Assembly: GCA_024137785.1 (NCBI GenBank)
Contig: JAHRHZ010000139.1
Coordinates: 47,128,652 to 47,192,651, forward strand
DNA from: Ginglymostoma cirratum
Taxonomy: Eukaryota
Direction of reading: 5' to 3'
DNA length: 64,000 nt
Shown here: in pieces, positions 49,993 through 61,890 of the stretch
Numbering within the stretch: the first letter of the stretch is position 1
How the letters are laid out: the number at the start of each line of letters is the position of its first letter
Program-made: the position numbers and the translations under genes
Notes under the pieces: model-generated
Database searches by the model: none
What the model was told of the DNA's origin: nothing
What the model saw: the letters and a program-made list of their open reading frames with translations, nothing else

Positions 49993-51889
49993 AGTTGTTG
50001 TGAATCTTTGCCCACCTCCAACTTTGGACAATTAAGCCAAGCCTGCCTTGGACAGACAGTGAATGGTGGTTCGGAGTTAACGGAGAAAGTCCTGCCTTCT
50101 CAAGTTCACTACTTGATCTCTGGATGATGATCTGATCTAAGGGAGGTTAAAAAACAAGCAGTACACAAATTAAAGTTTAAAATAAATACTCAGAAGGGTG
50201 AAGTGAAGTTCAAATGTGTGTCAATGAAACTATTAAATGCACTTCTGGCTGAGCAGATTTATAGCTAAAAGGGCCGTCTTAATGTGCTGCTTATCTTGAC
50301 AGTTTACTCGGCAGAACATGAAACTCATGGACAATGCTGCCATTTAGAGTACACAAAAGCACATTGCAACGGAATGACAAAAAGCTCAAAAAGGCCTGTC
50401 ACTCAGCGCTCATACAGGTAGCACCTTGAGAAGGCCCTGCGAGTCAGAGTTCATTATCCTATATAATGCTATAAAAAGGGGAAATTATGCTCACAAATCA
50501 CATTGCAGCCAAATTTGAATCACAATCTCCACAGTGATGGCATTGTGTGCGGTGCCATATGCATATGCAGTGATGCAACTTTAATTACAAGTCCACAAAT
50601 TGGGAGATGTTAAACCATTCACAATATTTCTTTTAAATTTGAAGCTTTTGTGTAAAACAGTAGCCTGATCCACTTGCCCTGTCCCTCGCCCAGTTCTGCT
50701 AGTTTTGCCCACGTGTTGTTTTTTGTAGTCCAAAATCAGGTTTTGTGTTCAGGCCCAGGCTTGTGACACAATGGGAATGTTTGGTTTGTTTGGTTTTCTG
50801 TGCTGCTTTATGGAATAGAGAGAAATTGTGGGAGGCTAACAGCTTAGCAGCTGATTCATGGGCTGACAAGCCCCAAAGTGAACTCTCCTTGCCCTGCTGC
50901 CGCCACCTTTGTATCAGTTGACATTGTGGTTTAGTTTACTGGGCTCCCAGTCCATATACTGAGGGCATCAGGGGGCCACTTGCACTCACTCAGCATTCTG
51001 AAGGCTGTGGAGGTGGGTTGGAGGGAGGGTTTGGAATCTTGCACCCTCCCACTTGGCATTGGGATGCTGCTATTCCCTCTCCCTAGGTAGATGGTAAAGG
51101 GCCAAGGGAGGGACATTAATGACCTGCCAGGTCCTCTCAGCAGAAGCTGGAGGTAGTGTTTCAATCAGGAAGCTTGCCCAGGGCATCAGCTTCAAGAAAG
51201 TACATTTGTCCACTCACTAGCTTGCCCATTGTTGAGCTTCTCTGCTTGTTGTTTGCATCTGCTGTTACCACCACCAACTGCCTTGGTGGTTTTTGTCACG
51301 TGATGATGAGAGGAAAAGGATTTTACAAGAAAGGAAACTGCGTGGTTTGGTCACGTGACTGTAAGAAACAGCTTCATTAACCAAACAAATAGTGTTTTTT
51401 TTTAAAATTGGGATCCTTACTACTTTGACAGATACTATAACAGGATGCTAAGCTTGTTACATAAGTGTGGTATCAGAACTGTGGAAGAGTTTTCAGCTTA
51501 TAAATATATTAATTACATTCATGGATCTAGTTGTACAATATACCAACCTTGAAATTTATTTTGAATTAGTCGTAACTGTCTAATTTTACTCTAACTGTTC
51601 TTTTCCTGTTTTAAAATACAGCCTGAATCATATCCTTTCTGTTTTTCTGTAACCATACTTAAAGCAATTAGGCATTGATAGTTTTTAAAAATATATATCT
51701 ACATTGCAACTCTTTCCTGTGGTGAAGATTACAGTAAGTTTGAACAGATCAAAAGCATTGTTAACTGAAGAGCTGGGAATTGGGCCAGGATTCCTTACGT
51801 CTTTGTGTGGTTTTACTCTTTGGATCAGCAACAATTCTTCTGCATCTGTACCTCTGACATGATGCCAGAACTGAGAGCTCAGAACTGTT

Positions 51890-52270
51890 TGCAAAGACTG
51901 GACAGGCTAGGGCTCTCTCCCTCAAAGAGATGCCTGACAGGTGACTTATGAAGGCCTTTCACATTATAAAAATAGGTCTCATAGGTTAGATATAGAGAAA
52001 ATGTTTGTACTTGAGGGAATCCAACCAGGGACCTTAATATCTGCAGCATCTTAATAAATCCAGTAGTCAGAGTTCTTAGAGTGTGAAACTGCTACCCTAA
52101 GGAAAGGCATAGCATAGATGCATTTAGGAGGAATCTAGATAAACACATGAGGAAGAGAAGAATAGGAAAAATATGCTGATAAGGTCAGGCGGGAAAGGTA
52201 ACAGGAGGTTCATGTGGAGTTTAGACACCAGCATAAACTAGGTGGCACAAAAATCAAATCTCCTGCCATT
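51890..52270 (+). mobile_element. old CR1 3' fragment
   Basis: AGACTGGACAGGCTAGGGCTC...GGTGACTTAT...GGTTCATGTGGAG, which are CR1-like segments. Confidence 0.55.
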
Positions 52271-54562
52271 GTGCAGGGTGAAATTAGGAAGCCCTTAATT
52301 CTCTCTGTGAAGCTGGCTTAATACTTCCTTGTTTGAATATCTTCTGGTTATTGAGGTTTTAGCCTCAGGGAGATGAGCCTATCTGTCCTTCACAGTAAAT
52401 CTTGAACCCCATGAATTCCCACACAACCTTTAGCTCACAAGTCCGGCTTGGCAACAGGAACATGTATTTGGTAAGTTGGCCCATATTATTGGCTGATGCA
52501 ATTATGGAGGACAAATGGGTCTGATCTAGTAAGGTAGCAGCCTAATTGAGTTGGAAGAGGTCGTTAACCATGTTCAAGTAGCTTTGAACTGACTTTTGTA
52601 TGAGATGTTGAACTGAGTCCTGGTCTGACACCTCAATGGACAAGGAAGAGTCCGTGGCATTATTTGAAGGAAACCAACAGGATTCTCCCTGGTCCTGGCC
52701 AGCATTTATCCCTCCCTCAGAAACATTAAGAAAGTCAGAGCAATCACTACAAGGACGCACTAAGGCTTTGCTTAGGAGTTTTGATATTGACTCCCTGTCC
52801 TGGGAGAAGCTCATCCTGCATCGCTACAGCTGGTAAAACCAAATTTAAAACTGTGGTCTCCTTCAAAAACAAGCATGCATCAGAGGCAGAGAGAGAACAT
52901 AAGCAGAGGAAATCCTGGGTCAGCAACTCATCCAAAACCCAAAGGTCTGCGCCATCCTGTCGTATGTATTGCAGACAAGTACAGATTAGCTCGACAAACA
53001 ATTCAGATGCTAAATGTGGTCGTTGCTCCCTCAAAACACCATAAGTAAGTCACTGAGTGGTTCATTGGCTCTAAATCACTGTAAATATCATGTCCTGAGC
53101 TCATGAATGGTACTTCAGGAATCCAGAAGCTTTCCTTCTAATGAGGAACAGGGTTCTATGAACAGCCTGTCCTGTCAGTCTTCAAAAATGAGTCTTTATG
53201 CCTTGGAGTGAGGTGTGGTGCTGGGGGAGTGATGGAAGGGTTTGGTTTTCTGGCTGTGCAATTGCCTCTTAAGCCTTGTCACTGTTCATAACAGCACATC
53301 AGGAGGTAATAAGGAGTGGGGAAGGAGAAGGAGGCGGTGGCTTTGCTTTTGCTTAGCTGTTACAACTTTGGAAAACTTTTGAAGTGTGGCTTAGCCACAA
53401 GTAAGATGACAAAATTGGCTTGAAGGGCTGAATGGCCTCCTCCTGTTCCAGTAACCCCAGCACTTCCGGTCACTCTGCGGGGCCGAAGGCAGGCACTCAC
53501 TCTGTGGGGGGAGTTATTGGCTGATAATTTTAGCAAAACCAAATTCGCAGTTGTTTACCAGGAAGCAATATAGCTAGTGAATATCACGTTCCAGCAACGG
53601 CTTTGTTATAAAATAATCTCACACAATGCCAAAGAAAGTAGGTTATTGTTGTCATGGTAACCTTTTCTGTGATAAATTCAGCAATTATTTATAATGCGAT
53701 GCTCCATTGTGTTAAAAATGGAACTGGTGATAATTGATCATGGAGAATATGGATGACTAGAAAAATAAAACACATTAGTAAAGTTTAAACATTTAAAGTG
53801 ATGGGCATTATTGTTCAGAAATATCAGCGTATTTTTTTTTTCCTCTTGCTGTGGTCTTGTACCCTGGTTTCCCCAGACCACGCACAATACATTGGCTTGT
53901 GCTGGTGACATTCAGAACTGGCTACTAGGGAGCATTGATGGCAATGAGGACATGAAGATCCTTCCTTTGCCCTCTTGGTCTTGCTCTCGTGCACTCTGTC
54001 TGTCTGTCCCTCCCACCCCTTTGACTCTGCTTACAATCTTTCCACAGCAGCATGACTGAGATAGAGAGCTCATTGAAACATGTCTGTCATTGCACCCTCT
54101 ATACTCAAACTGGACTTTTTTAATCTTATTTTAGAAATGGCACTGAGTTATAAAAACACTTGATTTTATGTTTTTAAAAAAACCTGTTTCCACTTTAAGC
54201 AACTGCAGCAGAGCTATTGAAGCTGAAAGAGACAACTTCTGTCTGATACAAAGAACAGATGCAGTCATCGTCAAAAATTAAATAGACAGATAAATGCAAT
54301 TTGAACTAGAAATCTTTATTCTTTCAGGTTTCCCCCCTTCAGTGTTCACGAAGGTTATCATTGTTGTTTCTAAAGAAATTGCATGGTTATTGGGGTGAGG
54401 ATGGTAATGAGTGGGTTGGGGTTGATTGTTTGAGCTGTACACCATATCTTCCCAACCCCTGTCGCCCACTAAATAACTGGTTATCATGCTTTCAGCTGCC
54501 AAGACCCAAAGCTCTGGAATTCCCTCCCTAAACCCTTCCATCGAGACTCTAATGTATTACAA

Positions 54563-57340
54563 GACATGAAGAAGCCATTCGGCCTATTGTATCCATGCTG
54601 GTCATCAAACATCCAGCATTTGACCCATAGCCTTGTATGCCGTGATGTTTCACATGATCATCTACATACTACGCGACTGTTGATGGTTCTCACCTCGACA
54701 GTCTTATCAGGCAGTGAGTTCCAGATACTCTCCACCCTCAGGGTGAAAAGATTTTCCTTAAATCCCCTCTAATACTCATGACCTTCATTGAGATCTATGG
54801 TACTTAGTTATTGACCCTCTACTAGGGGGAAGTGTTTCACATTATCTGCCCTGTCTTTGCCTCTCATAACTTTGTATACCTTAATCAGTTTATCCCCTCA
54901 GCCTTCCCTGCTTTAAGGAAAACAACCCCGTCATCTCTAGTATCCCTTCACAGCAAAATCACTCCAGCCCAGGCAACATCTTGCTGGATCTCCTCTGAAC
55001 CCTCCCTAGTGCAGTCACATCCTTCCTATAGTGTGGTAACTAGAACTCCTCACAGCAGTCTGGGTGTGGCCCAAATAATGCTGTATACATATCTATCATA
55101 ACCTCCCTGCTCTTGTATTCAAGGCTTTCACTTCAGTTGTGGGTAAAGTGTTGGAAAGGATTATAAGAGATAGGATTTATAATCATCTAGAAAGGAATAA
55201 TTTGATTAGGGATAGTCAACACGGTTTTGTGAAGGGTAGGTCATGTCTCACAAGCCTTATTGAATTCTTTGAGAAGGTGACTAAACAGGTGGATGAGGGT
55301 AAAGCGGTTGATGTGTATATGGATTTCAGTAAAGCGTTTGATAAGGTTCCCCATGGTAGGCGATTGCAGAAAATTTGGAGGCATGGGATTGAGGGTGATT
55401 TAGCGGTTTAGATCAGAAATTGGCTCGCTGTAAGAAGACAGAGGGTGGTGGTTAATGGGAAATGTTCATCCTGGAGTTCAGTTACTAGTGGTGTACCACA
55501 AGGATCTGTTTTGGGGCCACTGCTGTTTGTCATTTTTATAAATGACCTGGATGAAGGTGTAGAAGGATGGGTTAGTAAATTTGCGGATGACACTAAAGTC
55601 GGTGGAGTTGTGGATAGTGCAGAAGGATGTTGCAGGTTACAGAGGGACATAGATAAGCTGCAGAGCTGGGCTGAGAGGTGGCAAATGGAGTTTAATGTGG
55701 AAAAGTGTGAGGTGATTCACTTTGGAAGGAGTAACAGGAATACAGAGTACTGGGCCAATGGTAAGATTCTTGTTAGTGTGGACGAACAGAGAGATCTCGG
55801 TGTTCATGTGCATAGATCCCTGAAAGCTGCCACCCAAATTGATAGGGTTGTTAAGAAGGCGTACGGTGTGTTAGGTTTTATTGGTAGAGGGATTGAGTTT
55901 TGGAGCCATGAGGTCATGTTGCAGCTGTACAAAACTCTGGTGTGGCCGCACTTGGAGTATTGCGTACAGTTCTGGTCACCGCATTATAGGATGTGGAAGC
56001 ATTGGAAAGGGTGCAGAGGAGATTTACCAGGATGTTGCCTGGTATGGAGGGAAGGTCTTATGAGGAAAGGCTGAGGGACTTGAGGCTGTTTTCGTTAGAG
56101 AGAAGGTTAAGAGGTGACTTAATAGAGACATACAAGATGATCAGAGGATTAGATAGGGTGGACTGTGAGAGTGTTTTTCCTCAGATGGTGGCGGCTAGCA
56201 CGAGGGGGCATAGCTTTAAATTGAGGGGTGATAGATATAGGACAGATGTCAGAGGTAGATTCTTTACTCAGCGTAGTAAGGGCATGGATTGCCTTGCCTG
56301 CAGCAGTAGTCACCAACATTAAGGGCATTTAAATGGTCGTTGGATAAACATATGGATGATAATGGAATAGTGTAGGTTAGATTGGCTTCAGATTGGTTTC
56401 ACAGGTCGGCGCAACATCGAGGCCGAAGGGCTTGTACTGCGCTGTAATGTTCTATGTTCACTATTAAAGTCAAGTATCCCATATGCCTCCTTAACCATTT
56501 TATCCACCTGCCCTGTTGCCTTCAGGAATCTATGGACGTGCATATTAATCTGTGCACTTCCTAAGGTCCTACCATTCATTAAGTACTCCCTAGATTTGTC
56601 CTCACAAAAGCATCACCTCACACTTACCAAAATTGAACTCTATTTGCAACTGCTCTGCCCATCTTATCAGCCTGTCTATATCATCCTGTAGTCTAAGGCT
56701 TTCTTTCTGTCTATTTACCACACCATCAGTTTTCATGTTATCTGTGAATCTGTTGATCGTACGTCTGACATTCATGTCTGGATCACTAATGTACACGACA
56801 AACAGCAAAGAAACTAACTCTGAACCTGTGGTATGCCACCGTGTGTGAACTTCCAGTCTCAAGAACAACCATCACTCTAACCTCTGCCATTAGGCCAACT
56901 TTGGGTCTGATTTGCTAAATTGCCTTGGATCCCATGGACTCATAGATTCTTAAGTTCTGCATGGTAGACTAGTTATCAAAACCTTTAATGAATTTCATGT
57001 AGATTACACCAACTGCACTACCTTCATCGACACACCTAGTCACCTTCTCGAGAAATTCACTCAGATTTGTTCATGCGGTATCTCTTTGACAAAGCCATGT
57101 CCACTATCTCAGATTAATCCTTGCCTCTCCAAGTGAAAATTAATTCTATCCCTCAGAATTTTTGTAGTAATTTCCCTACCATGGATGATAGACTCACTGG
57201 TCCATAGTTTCCCTTTTGATCCCTACCACCTCCTGGAATAATGGTACCAACATCAGCTGCCTACCCCTTCTGTGACCAGAGTGGATTTGAAAATTAATTT
57301 CAGGGCCCTGCAGTCTCCTCCCTTGCCTCCCACAGCAGCC
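54563..57340 (-). mobile_element. CR1 LINE (host) in two parts: 54563-55126 and 56463-57340
   Basis: Minus-strand CR1 peptides LQDDIDRLIRWAEQLQIEFNFGKCEVM and KATGQVDKMVKEAYGIL; 3' tail near 54565-54600. Confidence 0.85.
55133..56458 (+). mobile_element. young CR1 (HER1-like) LINE, 5'-truncated, RT domain nearly intact
   Basis: QHGFVKGRSCLTSL, YMDFSKAFDKV, GVPQGSVLGPLLF and FADD (55580-55591); one in-frame TAG at 55409-55411 and a later frameshift; (TGTTCTA)n tail; TTCACT at both ends. Confidence 0.95.
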
Positions 57341-57585
57341 CCTTTCTCCTTTAAGACACATCATTAAACCTATTTTCTCGACCAAGGTTTAGATAACCTG
57401 TTCTAATGGCTGTCTCTGGGTCAACTCTTGTGGAGTGCCTAAGCATGTTTTAACACAGTAGAATCACTACAGAGATGCAGTTGTTGCAAGCTCTGACTAC
57501 AGAGTATCGCTAGGCCTAGGGACTAGGTCTGTGCTCTTTTTATGTAAGTTTTGTATCAGTAATTGTATTTCTTTTTGTTGCTTAG

Positions 57586-59766
57586 GCAATTGCGGCCACA
57601 GAGGGAAGCCGAGAAATGGACAAATGGAGAGCAGACATGGCCCTGTCAAGGGATGGGGTGGTGACACAGACTGAGACTGGAGAAAAGGAGCAGGACAAGT
57701 GTGATATCTCAGAAGGTTCAGTCGGCAAAGGGACGCAAGCCAAGGACAAAGTCAGCAAGGCAAACGGTGAGCAGTCGAATGGAAAGGAGGCTGAACTGCT
57801 ATCTTTGCACCAGGGCCTCACGGCCCATTCGACAGACATAGTGGTACAGAGCCAGGCAGAATGCAAGGCCACCTTGGCATCCTGTCGGAATCACGAATCA
57901 CCACAACAGCCCGTGGACAGGCTGGCAAATGATCTTCAGGAGAAACTTGCCAGTGCAGTAGCTGTGACAGAGAAGGAAGCGGAGAAAGGATACCTGTCTG
58001 ATCAGGGCTCGAATGCAGTGTCACCAGGAGCTGCCAACAGCTCCGTTCATTCCGATCATTCGTCGAAGGATGAGGTTGAGAATTGGCCAGGGGGCCTCCG
58101 GCCCGAAAGCGGCCAGAGACTGCCACCAGGGCAGGCAGGGAAGGGTAACCCGAATCTCTCACCTGGACCCCTCAAAGAAAAGGAGGAATTGCTTGTTACA
58201 ACAAAAACTGAGGCTTGCCCCAGCTACTTGCCCCTGGTCTACTCCAGGGGTCACCCTGGCATCATGTCACCACTTGCCAAGAAGAAGTTCTTGTCTCAGG
58301 TCAGTGGGTCTTTGCCCAACAACTATCCAATTGGAGCCCCACCTCCGCTGGTTAGTAGTAAAAAATGTGGTGAGGATGCTGAAGAAATGGTTACAGCGGA
58401 GAGTAATTTTTTACAAGGCTCCACGCCAGAACAGCTGGCCATCAATCGACCTTCTGTGATTCAACATGCACATAGTTTTCAGAGAAGAAACACTGATGAG
58501 CGAGGGGATGCATTGAAACATGATGGCTTGAATAAATTGTCTGATTCTGAGGCAGCCTATCTTTCTAAGCATCACCTCAATTGCTCAGAATCATTCAAAA
58601 GCCGCGCTTCTTACCCTTTCACCTCTGACCCTATAGACAATGAAAATAAAGGTTCTGAGAAGAAAGGTTGCCAACCATCACAAGTGTCAAGTTTTCTAGC
58701 AGACTTCTACTCCTCCCCCCACCTACACAATCTTTACAGACACACAGAACATCATCTTATTAATGAGCACACGTCAAAGTACCTGAGCACGATCATGAAA
58801 GATAAAAATTCTTCGCTTTTGCAGAATAAAAACCAGGATGCGGTCTATTTAAGGCATCTTTCAACACTGCACCGGTCAGAAAAGAAATGTGCAGTGAAAC
58901 ATTCTACAGAGGAGCAGCCCACCGACTTGAGTCTTCCAAAGTTAAAGAAAACGCTACCCAAGAGCTCATCAAATAGTGCCGTTCATTTACCATCACCACT
59001 AGACATCAAGAGCACAACAGCAAGTACACAGCCAGCACATACTGACTGCAACCCCAAAGCTTGCCGTGTCCCTCCAATGCCAATACCAACAACCACCAAG
59101 AGTGGTGAAGCTGCCCTACCCGCCTCGACAAAGCTGGAGGAAGGGGTCAGACCCGCGATCAGCTCCAAAGGAGGTTCACAGATCATCGGGAGCTCTAAAC
59201 CCATCAAGAGGAACCGAGAGGGCACGGACAATGGCAGCAACCAGAGCCCGGAGAAGAAACTCCGGGCAGTGTCTCCCATGCCACTGGCAAAGGAGTTGGC
59301 ATTGAAGGAAAAGCCAGCTGATTTGGAAGGGGAGAGCAGCAAAAACCAGAGTTCTGGGATTATCCTAGAGGGCCACAAGTTTCCATTGCCAACCCCGATA
59401 TTCCCAGGCGTGTATCCTGGAGCCTTCGTATCTCAGGTTCAAGATATGTGCGATGGCCTGGGCTCAGCATTTCCAGTTGACTATGCTCATCCCTTACAAT
59501 ACTTGAAGAATCAGGCTGTGCTGTCACCTCTTATGCAACCATTGGCCATCCATTCCTTCATGATTCCAGCGATGCAGAGACAGATTCTTGCTTCAACCGG
59601 TGCCTCCCCACAATTGTACAGACATCTGTCCGCAGCTGCTGCCCCAGTCGCAGCCTCTTACGGGGATCTTTTGCACCATAGCCTTTATCCTTTAGCTTCT
59701 CTGAACCCACAGGTCGCCTATTCCACATCACCAATATCTTCTCTACATCCCAGCACAAAACTATAA
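57586..59766 (+). CDS. ARID5B: ARID5B terminal exon 10 (726 aa + stop), with PTDLS CtBP-type motif and conserved C-terminus
   Basis: Acceptor TTTCTTTTTGTTGCTTAG, in frame with ORF 57616..59766; blocks GIMSPLAKKK, RPSVIQH, FLADFYSSPHLH, QPTDLSLPK, PKACRV, LQYLKNQ.VLSPLMQP and HPSTKL* match human ARID5B. Confidence 0.98.
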   Translation, partial: AIAATEGSREMDKWRADMALSRDGVVTQTETGEKEQDKCDISEGSVGKGTQAKDKVSKANGEQSNGKEAELLSLHQGLTAHSTDIVVQSQAECKATLASCRNHESPQQPVDRLANDLQEKLASAVAVTEKEAEKGYLSDQGSNAVSPGAANSSVHSDHSSKDEVENWPGGLRPESGQRLPPGQAGKGNPNLSPGPLKEKEELLVTTKTEACPSYLPLVYSRGHPGIMSPLAKKKFLSQVSGSLPNNYPIGAPPPLVSSKKCGEDAEEMVTAESNFLQGSTPEQLAINRPSVIQHAHSFQRRNTDERGDALKHDGLNKLSDSEAAYLSKHHLNCSESFKSRASYPFTSDPIDNENKGSEKKGCQPSQVSSFLADFYSSPHLHNLYRHTEHHLINEHTSKYLSTIMKDKNSSLLQNKNQDAVYLRHLSTLHRSEKKCAVKHSTEEQPTDLSLPKLKKTLPKSSSNSAVHLPSPLDIKSTTASTQPAHTDCNPKACRVPPMPIPTTTKSGEAALPASTKLEEGVRPAISSKGGSQIIGSSKPIKRNREGTDNGSNQSPEKKLRAVSPMPLAKELALKEKPADLEGESSKNQSSGIILEGHKFPLPTPIFPGVYPGAFVSQVQDMCDGLGSAFPVDYAHPLQYLKNQAVLSPLMQPLAIHSFMIPAMQRQILASTGASPQLYRHLSAAAAPVAASYGDLLHHSLYPLASLNPQVAYSTSPISSLHPSTKL

Positions 59767-61890
59767 ACATTTAATTCTGTGAACATTTCATGAAATGGAG
59801 ATGTAGCGTAACAGCCTGATGTTTCATGTTACATCGTAAGACTTTGTGATTGCAAGCTACCAGCAACTGGTTTATGTATTTCTTGCATTCACTTTTAGAT
59901 GTCCTTTCCATCTACAAATTAAGATTTGTAATTTTTTTATGTACGTTGAATACAAAGTAATTTGTTCTTGTACATAAATTTTTTTGGCTGCAGCCTAACA
60001 CTATCACTTGCAATATTAGCACGTTAAAAGGCTGTAAATATTCACTACAAACATTTACATCTAAATTAATTTATGCAGCTGTAGTCAGGTTTTACTTCCA
60101 GCTTGTGGTGTTTTGGTGTGCATTTCTCGCGGTCTCAGTTGATGGATGTGTTGAATATTGTGTTCTTGTTCCAGAACAGGATAGAAGTAATAACTACAGG
60201 AAGTTCTCTGCAGCTGTAAATGTCTGTTTGGATTCTTTTGAATCCTTTCCGTAGAATGCGTATGTGGTGGTTAATTTCTGTACTATGTAATAGTGCACCA
60301 CTGGGCTTTTTTTTTCTGACTTTTTTTGGACATAATTACCGCTCTTGCAGTTGTTAGGAGCTTGACTTTCACATCGATTAAAAGCAGAATCATTTACAAA
60401 GAATAAAGTAACTGTAGCTTGAAAAGCCCTTCCCAAGCTTTTAATATTTCAAAATAAATGTAAATATTCAAGTTTTCATACTTTGAGTGCGATCCCTGGC
60501 TTCAGACCTATTGCTGTTAAACCGCTACTAAACTCACAAGCTAAAGATTTGTATATAAGATATGCTAGCTGTAGTTTGCAGATGCTACATTGCAGGAACA
60601 AAAAAAAACGATAATTTTATATTTAGATCTTGTCTGCCTTTCGTTTAAGGTCACAAAAGTATAGCTGCAAGGGTTCTTTCTGTGGTTCCACATAATGTTT
60701 TGTCAATCAAATGTTTGAACCGTTAGTCTCTTTAATGTAAACAAGGCAGATTTTGAAAAGAAGCAAAAGTGAAGCTAAATAATAAAATGAAGAAAAACGA
60801 GATTCCACTTTGGCACTGGCGAGCATTCTGCTGGTTTTCTAATAAAGCCCCTTCAGTCTATTCCCCTTGTCTCTGCAGCTGTTGGTGAAGCTTTAATAAG
60901 ATTTGTGTTGAAATGCAGTTCTGGCTCTTTGTTCAACTCCTGTGCTTGGCTCAATCTGCAGCAGCCTTTTGGAGCTTGGAAAATTTCACTTTTCGTTTAA
61001 AAGTGCCGTCATGCTAAGCAAGTTAAACATGGGCGAAATACTTTCAAAGAAAGTCTTTCTTAAACTTATTAGAACATTTGCTTCAAGAGAACTTGACATT
61101 TGGTTACAATAATTTCCTTTCAGTTCCACACTAAACATGTTTAACTGATGCCTGAGTATTGCATGTGGCCTTCTGGCAACTCCACTGCAACATCAAGAAC
61201 TAACTGTGCCTTTTCATTTCAACAACACATTAAAACTTCAGTACTTAACCGCACATGTTTGTCAATGGTATACAGTGGTCACATCTGGTCTAGCTTTGCA
61301 AAGAGCATTATGATCATAAGTATTGTGAAATCAGGATATATTATTTTTGTTGGTTTCCATGCTCGTAATGATTATAATGGGCACTTACGAGATTGTTTGT
61401 CTGATTGTGGCTATATTAGTTACAGAGAATGTTGTTCTCAAATGGTCGTTTTATTCACCAAGACACATTGCTTAAATATTTTCAGTCTGTATCTTATCAG
61501 CAAGATGTTTATACTGACATGTTCTTATTATAAAACTTGTATTTTGTAAATAATGAACACATTTTTCTTTTTGCATTTTTTTGTTTTGTTCTATAGCACA
61601 TTTTTCATGTATTGTGATTTGTACATAGTTAAAGTGAAGACTGGTAACATTAAGATGGGTCCTGATAGTTTAAGGTTATTGAGTAACCTTACATTAGGTT
61701 CAAACTTTAAATCTAATGTTGCTGAGCCAAATGTAAACACTAAAAGTTTTGTTTTTGTATGTTCTCAAAGTGTACTTGGCAAATGCTTTTGATACTTTGT
61801 GCCAATAGTTTATCAATCACATAGCTGGCAAAATATTTTGTACTTTCTGATCCACTGTTATATTTAATAAAAGTTTTACTACTTAAAAGG
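59767..61890 (+). other. ARID5B: ARID5B 3'UTR (probable)
   Basis: AU-rich and transposon-free; ends at AATAAA 61866-61871 followed by the GU/U-rich GGTGTGCATTTTTTCTTTGGTT. Confidence 0.65.
61866..61871 (+). terminator. distal polyadenylation signal AATAAA
   Basis: Canonical hexamer with a downstream GU/U-rich element ~20-40 nt later and upstream UGUA motifs. Alternative hexamers are at 60402, 60453, 60781 and 60841. Confidence 0.6.

Larger units (their letters stand above)
54485..57487 (+). mobile_element. L2-like 3' tail split into two parts (54485-54545 and ~57342-57487) by nested CR1s
   Basis: TTCAGCTGCCAAGACCCAAAGCTCTGGAATTCCCTCCCTAAACC continues as CTCCTTTAAGACAC...GACCAAG...GATGCAGTTGTTG; a degraded but uninterrupted relative is at ~49410-49600. 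Confidence 0.6.

Noticed and set aside
55139-56322. Domesticated or active reverse transcriptase gene
   Set aside because: 5'-truncated (no endonuclease), with an in-frame TAG and a frameshift; an ordinary dead CR1 copy.
57582-59770. Antisense and alternative-frame ORFs overlapping the last exon
   Set aside because: Shadows of the long ARID5B coding exon with no independent support.
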